A stretch of 64,000 nucleotides of DNA from an uncultured delta proteobacterium. Lineage in GTDB: Bacteria; Desulfobacterota; Desulfomonilia; UBA1062. The DNA lies in contig CAVVYZ010000001.1 of assembly GCA_963752595.1 (NCBI GenBank), forward strand, positions 64,001 to 128,000, given 5' to 3'. Below are positions 30,204 to 38,764 of this stretch, piece after piece (within the stretch, counting starts at the first letter, position 1; every line of letters starts with the position of its first letter). Made by a program: the position numbers and the translations under genes. Under the pieces are notes generated by a model. That model was not told where the DNA came from. It saw only the letters and a list, made by a program, of their open reading frames with translations, and did no database searches.

Positions 30204-30698
30204 ATGACAGGGAGAAGACGGATTATAGTGCCGACTGCAGCGGCCTTTATCATTCTCGGGCTGGCTGCCGTACTATCTGCCGAGGAAAGCCTTTCATTCA
30301 CTGAAGCGGTAAAGCTCTATCCTGCCCCCAGCCAGCACGATTCCTATTCGCTCTACTACGATATCACCATAGAATCTCCCGGCCTCATCTGCATCGGCCT
30401 CGAGGTCAGCGATGTCTTCCCCGAAGTGCAGAACAGGGGCAAGTTCATAAGCGTATCCCTGAGGCAGCGCGACGAGGAGAGAGAGGTGCGCTTCGTCGAA
30501 CTGGGAAGGGAAGGCGGTACATTTTCCTATGGTGTCGATGCCTATGAGCTGAACCTGACCAAAGGGGAATACCGGATCGTGGTCTCAAACTGGTCGCTGC
30601 AGAATACCATTGCAGCAAAGCTCGTGGCCTTATACCCTGGCACAGTGGAGGCCGAGGTCGAAACAAAGATTCTCATGATCCCCGGAAGCGCGATCTGA
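30204..30698 (+). CDS. Secreted hypothetical protein
   Basis: SD AAGGAGGG before MTGRRR; hydrophobic signal peptide; beta-rich mature part (GEYRIVVSN). Confidence 0.65.
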   Translation: MTGRRRIIVPTAAAFIILGLAAVLSAEESLSFTEAVKLYPAPSQHDSYSLYYDITIESPGLICIGLEVSDVFPEVQNRGKFISVSLRQRDEEREVRFVELGREGGTFSYGVDAYELNLTKGEYRIVVSNWSLQNTIAAKLVALYPGTVEAEVETKILMIPGSAI

Positions 30699-30755
30699 CC
30701 GATGGACAGGATGGCTCGTCTTCAGGACACCTTTGGCCAAAGCTTTGCTTTCCAC

Positions 30756-31475
30756 TTATGCATCTTCCGCCAGGTACTTCTCGCGGTTCAGGAGGAAATC
30801 TTTATAGATGAGGTAATAGTCAGTCTCTTCATACGCCACGCTGGTGAGCATGCTGCCTTCGAAAGAGACGATCGCGGCTCCGGGGCAGCTCAGGAGTATG
30901 GGTGAATGCGTGGCAATGATGAACTGGGCATGGCCGTCTCTGCTCTGCTCCCTGAGGAGCCGGACGAATTCGATCTGCCGGCGCGGGGATAGAGCTGTCT
31001 CGGGCTCGTCGAGAAAGTAAATGCCTTCGATGGCATAGCGTGCATGGAAAAACGACATGAAGGACTCGCCGTGTGACTGGGCCAGGAGGGACTTCCCGCC
31101 GAAATAATCGAGCAGATGGGGATCCGAGCAGGCCAGTTCGTCAATGACCTTTGAAAGGTGCTGATATCTTTCCGAAGAAAAGAAGGCGCCTGCCTTCCTG
31201 TCCTTTGTCCAGGCAATATCGATATATTTGAACAGATCCTCCTCGTGGGGATTGTTCCCGAACCTGCCCCTGTCCTCCTCCCAGATGTAGACGCTGCACC
31301 TCCTGGCAATGGCCTTGAGAAGCGTCGATTTGCCCGAGCCGTTCTCTCCGATGAAGAAAGTGATGTTCGTTGCGAACGAAAGGCTCCCGGTGTCGCGGAA
31401 GATGTTCAGGTTGAAGGGATAGGCGTCCTGCACCGGATAGGCTTCAGGATGAAAGAATACACTCTCGATATGCAT
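30756..31475 (-). CDS. Predicted ABC/AAA-type ATPase (COG3910-like)
   Basis: Walker A GENGSGKST, QSHGESF signature, Walker B YFLDEPE and IIATHSP H-loop. Confidence 0.88.
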   Translation of the reverse strand: MHIESVFFHPEAYPVQDAYPFNLNIFRDTGSLSFATNITFFIGENGSGKSTLLKAIARRCSVYIWEEDRGRFGNNPHEEDLFKYIDIAWTKDRKAGAFFSSERYQHLSKVIDELACSDPHLLDYFGGKSLLAQSHGESFMSFFHARYAIEGIYFLDEPETALSPRRQIEFVRLLREQSRDGHAQFIIATHSPILLSCPGAAIVSFEGSMLTSVAYEETDYYLIYKDFLLNREKYLAEDA

Positions 31476-31565
31476 CGCTCTGACACCTCTTAAAGACCTT
31501 TTTTATCATGGTATCCGGCCTGCGGGCAATCCAAAACGGTTACCTTTATCTGATCCTTGTTCCTC

Positions 31566-32237
31566 TCACCGGTGCTTTGCCACACCTGCCTGCCTGCACA
31601 TGTCCAGGATCGGGCAGGTGGAGCATTTCGGGAGCCGTGACGTGCAGATGTGCTTGCCGAAGGGAACGAGCAGCCGGTTGATATCCACCCAGTGCTTTCT
31701 GGGAAGGATCTTTTCAAGTTCCTTCAGGCTCTGCTCAGGTCTCGTCGTGTGTATGTAGCCCCAACGGTTCGGCACACGGTCCACATGTACGTCGACAGAG
31801 ATACGCGGCTGCCCGCAGGCCGCCCCCAGCACCAGGTTGGTGCACTTGGGTCCGACCCCCTGAAAAGACAGGAGCACTTTTTCCTCGCACGGAAGCTCGC
31901 CGCCGTATTCATCCATGATCCGGCAGGCGATACCATGGATGATGCGTGATTTCGTATCATGGAATCTGCAGGCTGAGATGGCTGCATCAATGCGGGCGGT
32001 ATCCAGCACGGCAAGCTCTTTCGGGGTGCGGCCGAGGCCGAAGAGTTCGCGGGCACAGACCAGAGATATCTCATCGAGGGTCCGGATCGTGAGAATACAT
32101 GCGATGAGCTGTTCAAAGGGCGATCTATGCCCTTCATCGGCAAGTGCGAAAAGAGCGGCCTTCGGGAAAGGCTTCACAACCTCCCTTATGAGATTCATGG
32201 CAAGGTCGATGTCAAAAGGACGCTTCCAGGCGCTCAT
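31566..32237 (-). CDS. nth: Endonuclease III (HhH-GPD DNA glycosylase/AP lyase)
   Basis: PFEQLIACIL, HhH GVGPK, VDVHV and the C-terminal CxxxxPxCxxCxxxxxC 4Fe-4S motif. Confidence 0.9.
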   Translation of the reverse strand: MSAWKRPFDIDLAMNLIREVVKPFPKAALFALADEGHRSPFEQLIACILTIRTLDEISLVCARELFGLGRTPKELAVLDTARIDAAISACRFHDTKSRIIHGIACRIMDEYGGELPCEEKVLLSFQGVGPKCTNLVLGAACGQPRISVDVHVDRVPNRWGYIHTTRPEQSLKELEKILPRKHWVDINRLLVPFGKHICTSRLPKCSTCPILDMCRQAGVAKHR

Positions 32238-32606
32238 CTGTAGCCCCTTTCTTTCCTCTGCTATGACTTAGGATAGTGCCGTGGAGAAAAAAATGTATCT
32301 ACCCTTAATTATCACTTGCAATTTTTTCAGGAAGTATTATTAGAAAAATCAAAAGAGGCTCGCTCTTGGATGCGAGAAAAGGGCTCCGGGACACAGCAGA
32401 TTCAGGGAGAGAGTGATACAGTGACGAAGCTTAAAGATCATATCATCACGGCACCCGTCAGCGATGCCGAACGGTATTGAATACCTTTCGATGATACTCC
32501 CTTTCACTCACCTCATCCCTCCCTACCGACACAATCCATTTCAAAAAATTAATACTCAACACAGAAATAATACATGCCGATATTTGACGCAAGGAGGAGA
32601 TTTGAG

Positions 32607-33911
32607 ATGAAGAACAACGGTCCTGCAGTGTCTGTTTCACCCGAAGACCCGGACCCCCTGGGTACTGAGGCCCCCGAGGAGCCCCCATCGATATCGTCGG
32701 CCCTAACCCAGGATTTGTTGTTTGCACCACAACCCGCAAGGAAGTTTCCTTTAGCCGGCCGTATTCCCATCAGCCAACGTTGCCGCCAGTTCTTAAGGGA
32801 TTTCTATCCCCACGCAACTGAAACCGACTGGGCAAGCTGGAACTGGCAGATCCGCAACAGCATCAACACCCCCGAGCAGATCCAGAGGATCATCGGGATG
32901 ACCGTGGAAGAGTTTGATGCCATTCAGAGGCGCACGGCACTCCCCTTCAGGATCACCCCGTACTACGCGAGCCTCATGAGCCCGACGGACCCGTCACAGG
33001 CCATAAGGCGATCCGTCGTGCCGGTGGTCGATGAGTACACCATGAGTCCCGGAGAGGAGCAGGACCCGCTGTCCGAAGAGCACCAGAGCCCGGTGCCCGG
33101 GCTTGTTCACCGGTACCCCGACCGGGTGCTGTTCCTGACAACAGGCTTCTGTTCCACGTATTGCCGCTACTGCACCAGGTCACGCATGGTCGGCAACAAC
33201 GGCAAGTTCCGGAGCAGCATCACGCAGTGGCAGCAGGCCATTGCGTATATAGAGGCCACACCCCAGGTGCGGGACGTCCTCCTTTCCGGAGGAGACCCCC
33301 TGACACTGCCGGACAGCCATCTGGATTACCTTCTGTCAAGCATCAGGCGTATCCCCCATGTGGAGATCATCCGCATCGGCACCAAGGCGCCCGTGGTATT
33401 ACCTCAGCGGATAACGCCGAAGCTTATGAGGATCCTGAAGAAGTACCAGCCTCTCATGATGAGCATCCATTTCACGCATCCCGATGAACTCACTCCGGAA
33501 ACGAAGGCGGCGTGCAATATGCTCGCTGATTCCGGTGTCCCGCTCGGGAGCCAGACAGTGCTGCTCAAAGGCATCAACGATAATGTAGATACGCTCAAAT
33601 CCCTCTTCCATGGGCTTCTCAAGGTCCGGGTTCGTCCATACTACCTGTACCAGTGCGACCCGATCCTGGGCTCTGCTCATTTCAGGACCACCGTAGAAAA
33701 GGGCATCGAGATGATCGAAGGACTGCGAGGTCATACCTCGGGGTATGCGATTCCCCACTATGTGGTCGATGCCCCCGGCGGAGGAGGCAAAATACCGCTC
33801 CTGCCCGATTACTTCCAGGGCCGCGCCGATGGACAGGTTATCCTGAGGAACTACGAGCGAAAAATTTTCCGCTACCCCGAGTATGATGCGGAATGCCCTC
33901 CGGGCGTGTAA
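32607..33911 (+). CDS. kamA: KamA-family radical SAM enzyme (lysine 2,3-aminomutase-like)
   Basis: GLVHRYPDR, CSTYCRYCTR (CxxxCxxC), LLSGGDPL, YYLYQCD and VDAPGGGGK (PLP Lys); SD AAGGAGGAG. Confidence 0.92.
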   Translation: MKNNGPAVSVSPEDPDPLGTEAPEEPPSISSALTQDLLFAPQPARKFPLAGRIPISQRCRQFLRDFYPHATETDWASWNWQIRNSINTPEQIQRIIGMTVEEFDAIQRRTALPFRITPYYASLMSPTDPSQAIRRSVVPVVDEYTMSPGEEQDPLSEEHQSPVPGLVHRYPDRVLFLTTGFCSTYCRYCTRSRMVGNNGKFRSSITQWQQAIAYIEATPQVRDVLLSGGDPLTLPDSHLDYLLSSIRRIPHVEIIRIGTKAPVVLPQRITPKLMRILKKYQPLMMSIHFTHPDELTPETKAACNMLADSGVPLGSQTVLLKGINDNVDTLKSLFHGLLKVRVRPYYLYQCDPILGSAHFRTTVEKGIEMIEGLRGHTSGYAIPHYVVDAPGGGGKIPLLPDYFQGRADGQVILRNYERKIFRYPEYDAECPPGV

Positions 33912-33912
33912 G

Positions 33913-34890
33913 ATGAAGGTCGGCATTACCTATGATCTCAGGGACGATTATCTGAAAGAGGGGTACAGCTCCGAGGAGACCGCCGAGTTCGACCGTGCCG
34001 ATACCATTGATGCCATCGATGAGGCACTCGTTGCACTCGGCCATGCCACGGACCGGATCGGAAACGTAAAGCAGCTCGTCTCCAAGCTCGCTTCCGGCCA
34101 TAGATGGGACCTGGTTTTCAACATTGCCGAAGGCATGTACGGGGTCGGGCGGGAGGCCGTGGTCCCTGCCTTGCTCGATGCATATAAGGTCCCCTATACT
34201 TTCTCGGATCCGTTTGTCCTCTCGCTGACCCTGCACAAGGGCATGACAAAGGCTGTCATACGCGATGCAGGCCTCCTGACCGCCGACTTCGTGCTGGTCA
34301 ATTCAGCAGACGAGATCGATGCCGTACGCCTGCCGTATCCGCTGTTTGCAAAACCTGTTGCAGAAGGTACGGGCAAGGGCATATCCGATACCTCCCGGAT
34401 ATCCTCTCCCGAAGAGCTTCGTTCGATCTGCGAGCGCCTGCTGAAAGAGTTCCGCCAGGCCGTGCTCGTTGAAACTTATCTTCCTGGCAGGGAGTTCACC
34501 GCAGGCGTCGTAGGCACCGGAAGCGATGCGCAGCTCGTCGGCATGATGGAGGTCTTGTTCCGCGACAAGCAGGACGGTGAGCTGATCTATTCGTACCATA
34601 CCAAATCGAACTATGAAGAAATGATCGTATACTCTATCCCTGAGCAGAGCGTGATCGATTCATGCTCAGAGCTTGCCCTTGCTTCATGGAAGGCCCTTGG
34701 ATGCAGGGACGGCGGCCGGGTCGACATCAGGATGGATGCTCAGGGACGGCCCAATTTCATCGAGGTAAACCCCCTGGCAGGGCTCAATCCGGTTCATTCC
34801 GACCTGCCGATCCTGTGCAGGCTCAACGGCATCTCTTTCCAGAACCTCATCGAGCGCATCCTCCTGAGCACTTTGAAGAGAATCTGCTGA
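33913..34890 (+). CDS. D-Ala-D-Ala ligase-like ATP-grasp enzyme 1
   Basis: VFNIAEG, FAKPVAEGTGKGI, GREFT, RVDIR and FIEVNPLAGL; starts 1 nt after the kamA stop. Confidence 0.9.
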   Translation: MKVGITYDLRDDYLKEGYSSEETAEFDRADTIDAIDEALVALGHATDRIGNVKQLVSKLASGHRWDLVFNIAEGMYGVGREAVVPALLDAYKVPYTFSDPFVLSLTLHKGMTKAVIRDAGLLTADFVLVNSADEIDAVRLPYPLFAKPVAEGTGKGISDTSRISSPEELRSICERLLKEFRQAVLVETYLPGREFTAGVVGTGSDAQLVGMMEVLFRDKQDGELIYSYHTKSNYEEMIVYSIPEQSVIDSCSELALASWKALGCRDGGRVDIRMDAQGRPNFIEVNPLAGLNPVHSDLPILCRLNGISFQNLIERILLSTLKRIC

Positions 34891-34899
34891 AGAGCCTTT

Positions 34900-35898
34900 G
34901 TGAAAAAGCCCGTTATAATCCTTCACCAGAAACTGCCCCTTGATGCCTCACCGGATGACCAGGATGTGCTCATCCAGGCGGCAGCGATATCGGATGCGCT
35001 GACGAGTCTCGGCTACCAGTCCTCCATCGTGCCTTTCGAACTCGACATCCACGCGTTGGCTGCCCGGCTCACCCGCATCAAACCCCTGTGCGTTTTCAAT
35101 ATCGTCGAGTCGCTGGACGACGACGGCAGGCTCATACACCTTGCCTGCTCGATCCTGGACCATCTCGGCATCCCTTACACCGGGGCCTGCACCGAGGCGA
35201 TGTTCCTCACCTCGAACAAGGTCCTGGCCAAGAAATGGATGCACAGATCAGGCATCCCGACGCCGGAATGGATTATGCCGGGCAACTCACCCGAGAGCAA
35301 TCTCCCGTTTCCTTCCCTCTACATCGTGAAGGCCCTCTGGGAGGAAGCATCCGTTGGGATCGACGGCGAGTCGGTGAAGGAGGCAAAGGATCTCCCCGGT
35401 CTGATTGTTTCCCTTGAGAAGAGGGCGCATGTCCTGAACAAAAAGTGCTTTGCTGAGCGCTATATCGACGGAAGGGAGTTCAACCTCTCGGTCCTTGGAG
35501 GAGTACGCGGGCCACAGGTGCTGCCGCCTGCAGAGATCACGTTCTCTTTCCCGGACGGAAGGCCCAAGATCCTTGATTACAAGGCGAAGTGGCATGAGGA
35601 TTCGGTTGAATACAGATCCACGCTCCGGACCTTTGAATTCGGAAAACAGGATGCAGGTCTCCTCAAGGAGCTTGAACAGGTAGCGCATTTGTGCTGGGAA
35701 GCCTTTGACCTGAGAGGCTATGCCCGGGTCGATTTCCGGGTGGACGGGGAGGGGAGGCCGTGGGTCCTGGAGATCAACGCCAACCCCTGCATATCGCCGG
35801 ACAGCGGGTTTGTGGCCGCCTCTCAGAGGGCCGGGATGAGCTACCCGGAAGTGATCGCCCGCATTTTATCGGATACCCTGGAGAAAGGCGGGTTATGA
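34900..35898 (+). CDS. D-Ala-D-Ala ligase-like ATP-grasp enzyme 2
   Basis: VFNIVES, GIPYTG, EEASVGI, GREFN, ARVDFR and LEINANPCI. Confidence 0.9.
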   Translation: MKKPVIILHQKLPLDASPDDQDVLIQAAAISDALTSLGYQSSIVPFELDIHALAARLTRIKPLCVFNIVESLDDDGRLIHLACSILDHLGIPYTGACTEAMFLTSNKVLAKKWMHRSGIPTPEWIMPGNSPESNLPFPSLYIVKALWEEASVGIDGESVKEAKDLPGLIVSLEKRAHVLNKKCFAERYIDGREFNLSVLGGVRGPQVLPPAEITFSFPDGRPKILDYKAKWHEDSVEYRSTLRTFEFGKQDAGLLKELEQVAHLCWEAFDLRGYARVDFRVDGEGRPWVLEINANPCISPDSGFVAASQRAGMSYPEVIARILSDTLEKGGL

Positions 35899-36377
35899 AA
35901 CTCTCCTATCGCAGCAGGGTAACACCAGGCGACAGGGACACGGTACGGGCCATCGTTGATTCTACAGGGTTTTTCAATTCAGAAGAGCTGGCTATTGCCG
36001 TAGAGCTCGTGGACGAACGCCTGAGCAAAGGACCGGAGAGCGGCTATCACTTCCTGTTCTGCGAGCAGGGAAGCTCAAGAGACCTTGGATACACCTGCTT
36101 CGGGCGCATTCCGGGTACCGCCTCAAGCTTCGACCTTTACTGGATAGCGGTTCACCGGCAATTCCAGGGACAGGGTATCGGCCGAGAATTGCTCGGCGCT
36201 ACCGAGAATATCATCAGGGAGATGGGCGGTTCCCGCGTCTACATCGAGACCTCCTCCCGGGGCCTCTATCAACCGACACAGGCTTTCTACGAAAGATCAG
36301 GCTATGCCCGGGAGGCTGTCCTCGAAGACTTCTACGCACCCGGCGACAGCAAGATTATCTATGTCAAGGAGTTGTAA
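35895..36377 (+). CDS. GNAT N-acetyltransferase
   Basis: DLYWIAVHRQFQGQGIGRELL acetyl-CoA motif and FYERSGY; ATGA overlap with the upstream ligase stop. Confidence 0.9.
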   Translation: MKLSYRSRVTPGDRDTVRAIVDSTGFFNSEELAIAVELVDERLSKGPESGYHFLFCEQGSSRDLGYTCFGRIPGTASSFDLYWIAVHRQFQGQGIGRELLGATENIIREMGGSRVYIETSSRGLYQPTQAFYERSGYAREAVLEDFYAPGDSKIIYVKEL

Positions 36378-36450
36378 AAGCATTGTTCGCCCGGGGCCGC
36401 GAATCATAATCCCCACAGATAGCTCATCCGATAATTCCCATGATGATACG

Positions 36451-36813
36451 CTATTCCTGATGCTCTGTAGTGTTGAATGTATAAGAAGAGACGATGCCCT
36501 GCTTGTCGAAGCGGATTACCAGGTCTTTCGTGCTTGCCTCTTTGAACAGGCTGTAGCGGTATCTCCCGTAGGTCCACGCCTGCTGTCCGTCTTCGAGCCC
36601 TGCGCGCCAGGGCGCTCCGAACATAGACCGGACCTGTTCCTGGGTGGTTTCATGGATTTTTATCCGGGGCACAAGGCTATCCGGAAAATCACGGCCGACG
36701 GTGGCGCAGCCGGCAGAGAGAAGAAGTACGGCAGGTAGCGCGAGCAAGAGGATCCTTGGCAGGGTTTTCCTTTGCCGGCTTGAGCGCAGAGCGGAACATT
36801 CCTGATTCTTCAT
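36451..36813 (-). CDS. SmpA/OmlA (BamE-like) domain lipoprotein
   Basis: Lipobox LSAGC; TTQEQVRSMFGAP...WTY...LVIRFDKQGIV pattern; SD GAAGGAGA. Confidence 0.8.
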   Translation of the reverse strand: MKNQECSALRSSRQRKTLPRILLLALPAVLLLSAGCATVGRDFPDSLVPRIKIHETTQEQVRSMFGAPWRAGLEDGQQAWTYGRYRYSLFKEASTKDLVIRFDKQGIVSSYTFNTTEHQE

Positions 36814-37069
36814 GATACATTCTCCTTCTTTCATTCTTATAGAGGGAAAGATCAGACGGAACAAGTGTGAAGCAATAAGAAGCGCGGCCGTCAATCCACA
36901 GTATACCGCCATGGGAATCCGATGATCATCCCTGGCTGCTATTTAATTTGGGAAGCTAACCGCACTTAAATTATAGTTTCCAATGGCATGTACCGAAATA
37001 TATTTTGAAGAGAAGACTATCAAATTGTTGATATTTTGATTGCAGAGCATGTATGAGAGGGATGGTTAG

Positions 37070-38749
37070 GTGATGGATTTCCAAGATAAACAAATGAAAG
37101 CCCTGAATGCCGGGCCTACGGAAGAGGAATTGGAGGCGGCGAAAAAGGTTCTTGCAAGCCTCCTTCTTGTCAGAAAGAATTATTCGTTATATCCCGAAGG
37201 CCACACCGTCTGTACGAATTCCCTTGAACAGTTTCATTGGCATCTTGGAAAATACCTAGCCAAGTTTGGAGACCTGAAACTTGACATCGAAAGAGATCAG
37301 CTCCTTTCCCAGGGTGAAGTAATCTTTTCGGAACCCCCGGAAGAAGGAACGCTGGCGTTCACCCTCTTTCGTGACGGAATCCGATGGCTGGAATTCAAAG
37401 AAGGCATAGATCTTGGGGAAGTAAAAGAATTCTTAAGGGTCATCAACAAATACGGCATATTGTCTGATGAGCCCGAGGGGGATATCGTCACTGCGTTCTG
37501 GGAAAACCAACCAACCCATATAAAATACGAAGTTTCCGATTTTTTCTGGGGAGTCGAACAGGAAATGGAACTTGCTCCGCCCCAAGAAACGGATAATACG
37601 GTTTCCGCATTACTGCGAGAGAATAAACTGGCTGATTGGAAGCCTTTGGCTGATCCGCCTATTAATCAAGATGATATCGTGATTGCCTCGGAGGAGATGA
37701 TAGCGATCCAGGAGATGGTCTGTATCGAGGAAGACGGAGACCCGACCGCATATCTGGACGCGTTATTCGACAGCCTGCTTCAGAATCGGGAACAAGAGAA
37801 TTTCAAGGTCATTCTCGATGTACTGGAGGAAGAGTTCGTGAGCTCTCTGGCTCGAAAAGATTTCGATATTTCGCTCAAGATCCTGCAAAGCTTGCAGTAT
37901 GTCGTCGACACATGCGTGGCCGAGATACCATGGGCCGGTCCGTTCATTGAAGACTTTTTCCTTACTGCCTCCAGTGCACAGTCGTTAAGCCCTCTACAGC
38001 ACGTATGGTCGGAGATAGATCCCGGCCGGATTGAAAAAGTAAAACAGACCCTCATGCTTCTGCAACCCGAAGCCATTCATACCCTGGGAAGCTTATTGCC
38101 GAAGAATCAACCGGTAAAGATGCGGCAGATGCTTTCGGATGTAATAAGTTCACTGGCCGCCCGGGATTTCCATCCTTTGGAAGACATGCTGAAAAGTCCC
38201 GATGAAAAGCTTATGGAAAAGCTTATCCATGTAGTCATAGACCTCGGGGGAGAAAGGTCTTCCAAGGTCCTGATGAAAATGATCCGCCATAAATCGACAT
38301 ATGTTCGCCAGGAGGCGGTAAAGGGGTTATTGCAACGAGGCCCTGCTTATATAAAGGATGTTTTCAGTCTTATCAACGACCGAGACGAATCTATCCGCCG
38401 CCTGATCTTGAAACAACTTGGGCAGACTCGGAATCAGGCTGCCGAAGGGCTTCTTCTTGACTATCTTGAACACCGGAAGTTCACGAATGCCGATTACGAG
38501 CATATTATTGCCTGCTTCACAACGCTCGGCCAATGCGGCTCATCGATCTCAATCCCCTTTCTGAAACAAATTCTGTTCAACAGGGGATGGATGCCTGCCT
38601 TCGGCATATCCCCACAGAGGAGAGGTGCTGCCATCGCATTGAGTAAAATGGGGATCAGAGAAGCGCAGCAGTTGCTGGAAGAAGCCGGCCGGTCTCTTAA
38701 CCCGATGGTGCGGCGTGTTCACCGGGAAATAAACCACGACCGGGCTTAA
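37070..38749 (+). CDS. HEAT-repeat protein with uncharacterised N-terminal domain
   Basis: C-terminal HEAT-like repeats (YVRQEAVKGL, INDRDESIRRLIL, RRGAAIALSKMG) and an acidic central linker. Confidence 0.8.
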   Translation: MMDFQDKQMKALNAGPTEEELEAAKKVLASLLLVRKNYSLYPEGHTVCTNSLEQFHWHLGKYLAKFGDLKLDIERDQLLSQGEVIFSEPPEEGTLAFTLFRDGIRWLEFKEGIDLGEVKEFLRVINKYGILSDEPEGDIVTAFWENQPTHIKYEVSDFFWGVEQEMELAPPQETDNTVSALLRENKLADWKPLADPPINQDDIVIASEEMIAIQEMVCIEEDGDPTAYLDALFDSLLQNREQENFKVILDVLEEEFVSSLARKDFDISLKILQSLQYVVDTCVAEIPWAGPFIEDFFLTASSAQSLSPLQHVWSEIDPGRIEKVKQTLMLLQPEAIHTLGSLLPKNQPVKMRQMLSDVISSLAARDFHPLEDMLKSPDEKLMEKLIHVVIDLGGERSSKVLMKMIRHKSTYVRQEAVKGLLQRGPAYIKDVFSLINDRDESIRRLILKQLGQTRNQAAEGLLLDYLEHRKFTNADYEHIIACFTTLGQCGSSISIPFLKQILFNRGWMPAFGISPQRRGAAIALSKMGIREAQQLLEEAGRSLNPMVRRVHREINHDRA

Positions 38750-38764
38750 AAAGGAGGCACAACT

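Noticed and set aside
30756-31475. ATPase as part of an anti-phage defence system
   Set aside because: No adjacent nuclease or effector gene; it looks like a stand-alone COG3910-type ATPase.
32350-32500. Lysine riboswitch upstream of kamA (AGAGG, TGCCGAA and GAATA words present)
   Set aside because: Spacing between the motifs is too long and the P1-P5 helices could not be built by eye; kept only as a possible leader/attenuator.
32607-33911. KamA as the GRE activase or as EpmB
   Set aside because: It has the PLP-lysine motif of aminomutases rather than GRE-activase features, and there is no efp/epmA nearby.
33913-35898. Housekeeping ddl or vancomycin-resistance ligases
   Set aside because: They lack canonical Ddl N-terminal motifs, have no mur or van context, and are coupled to kamA and a GNAT instead.
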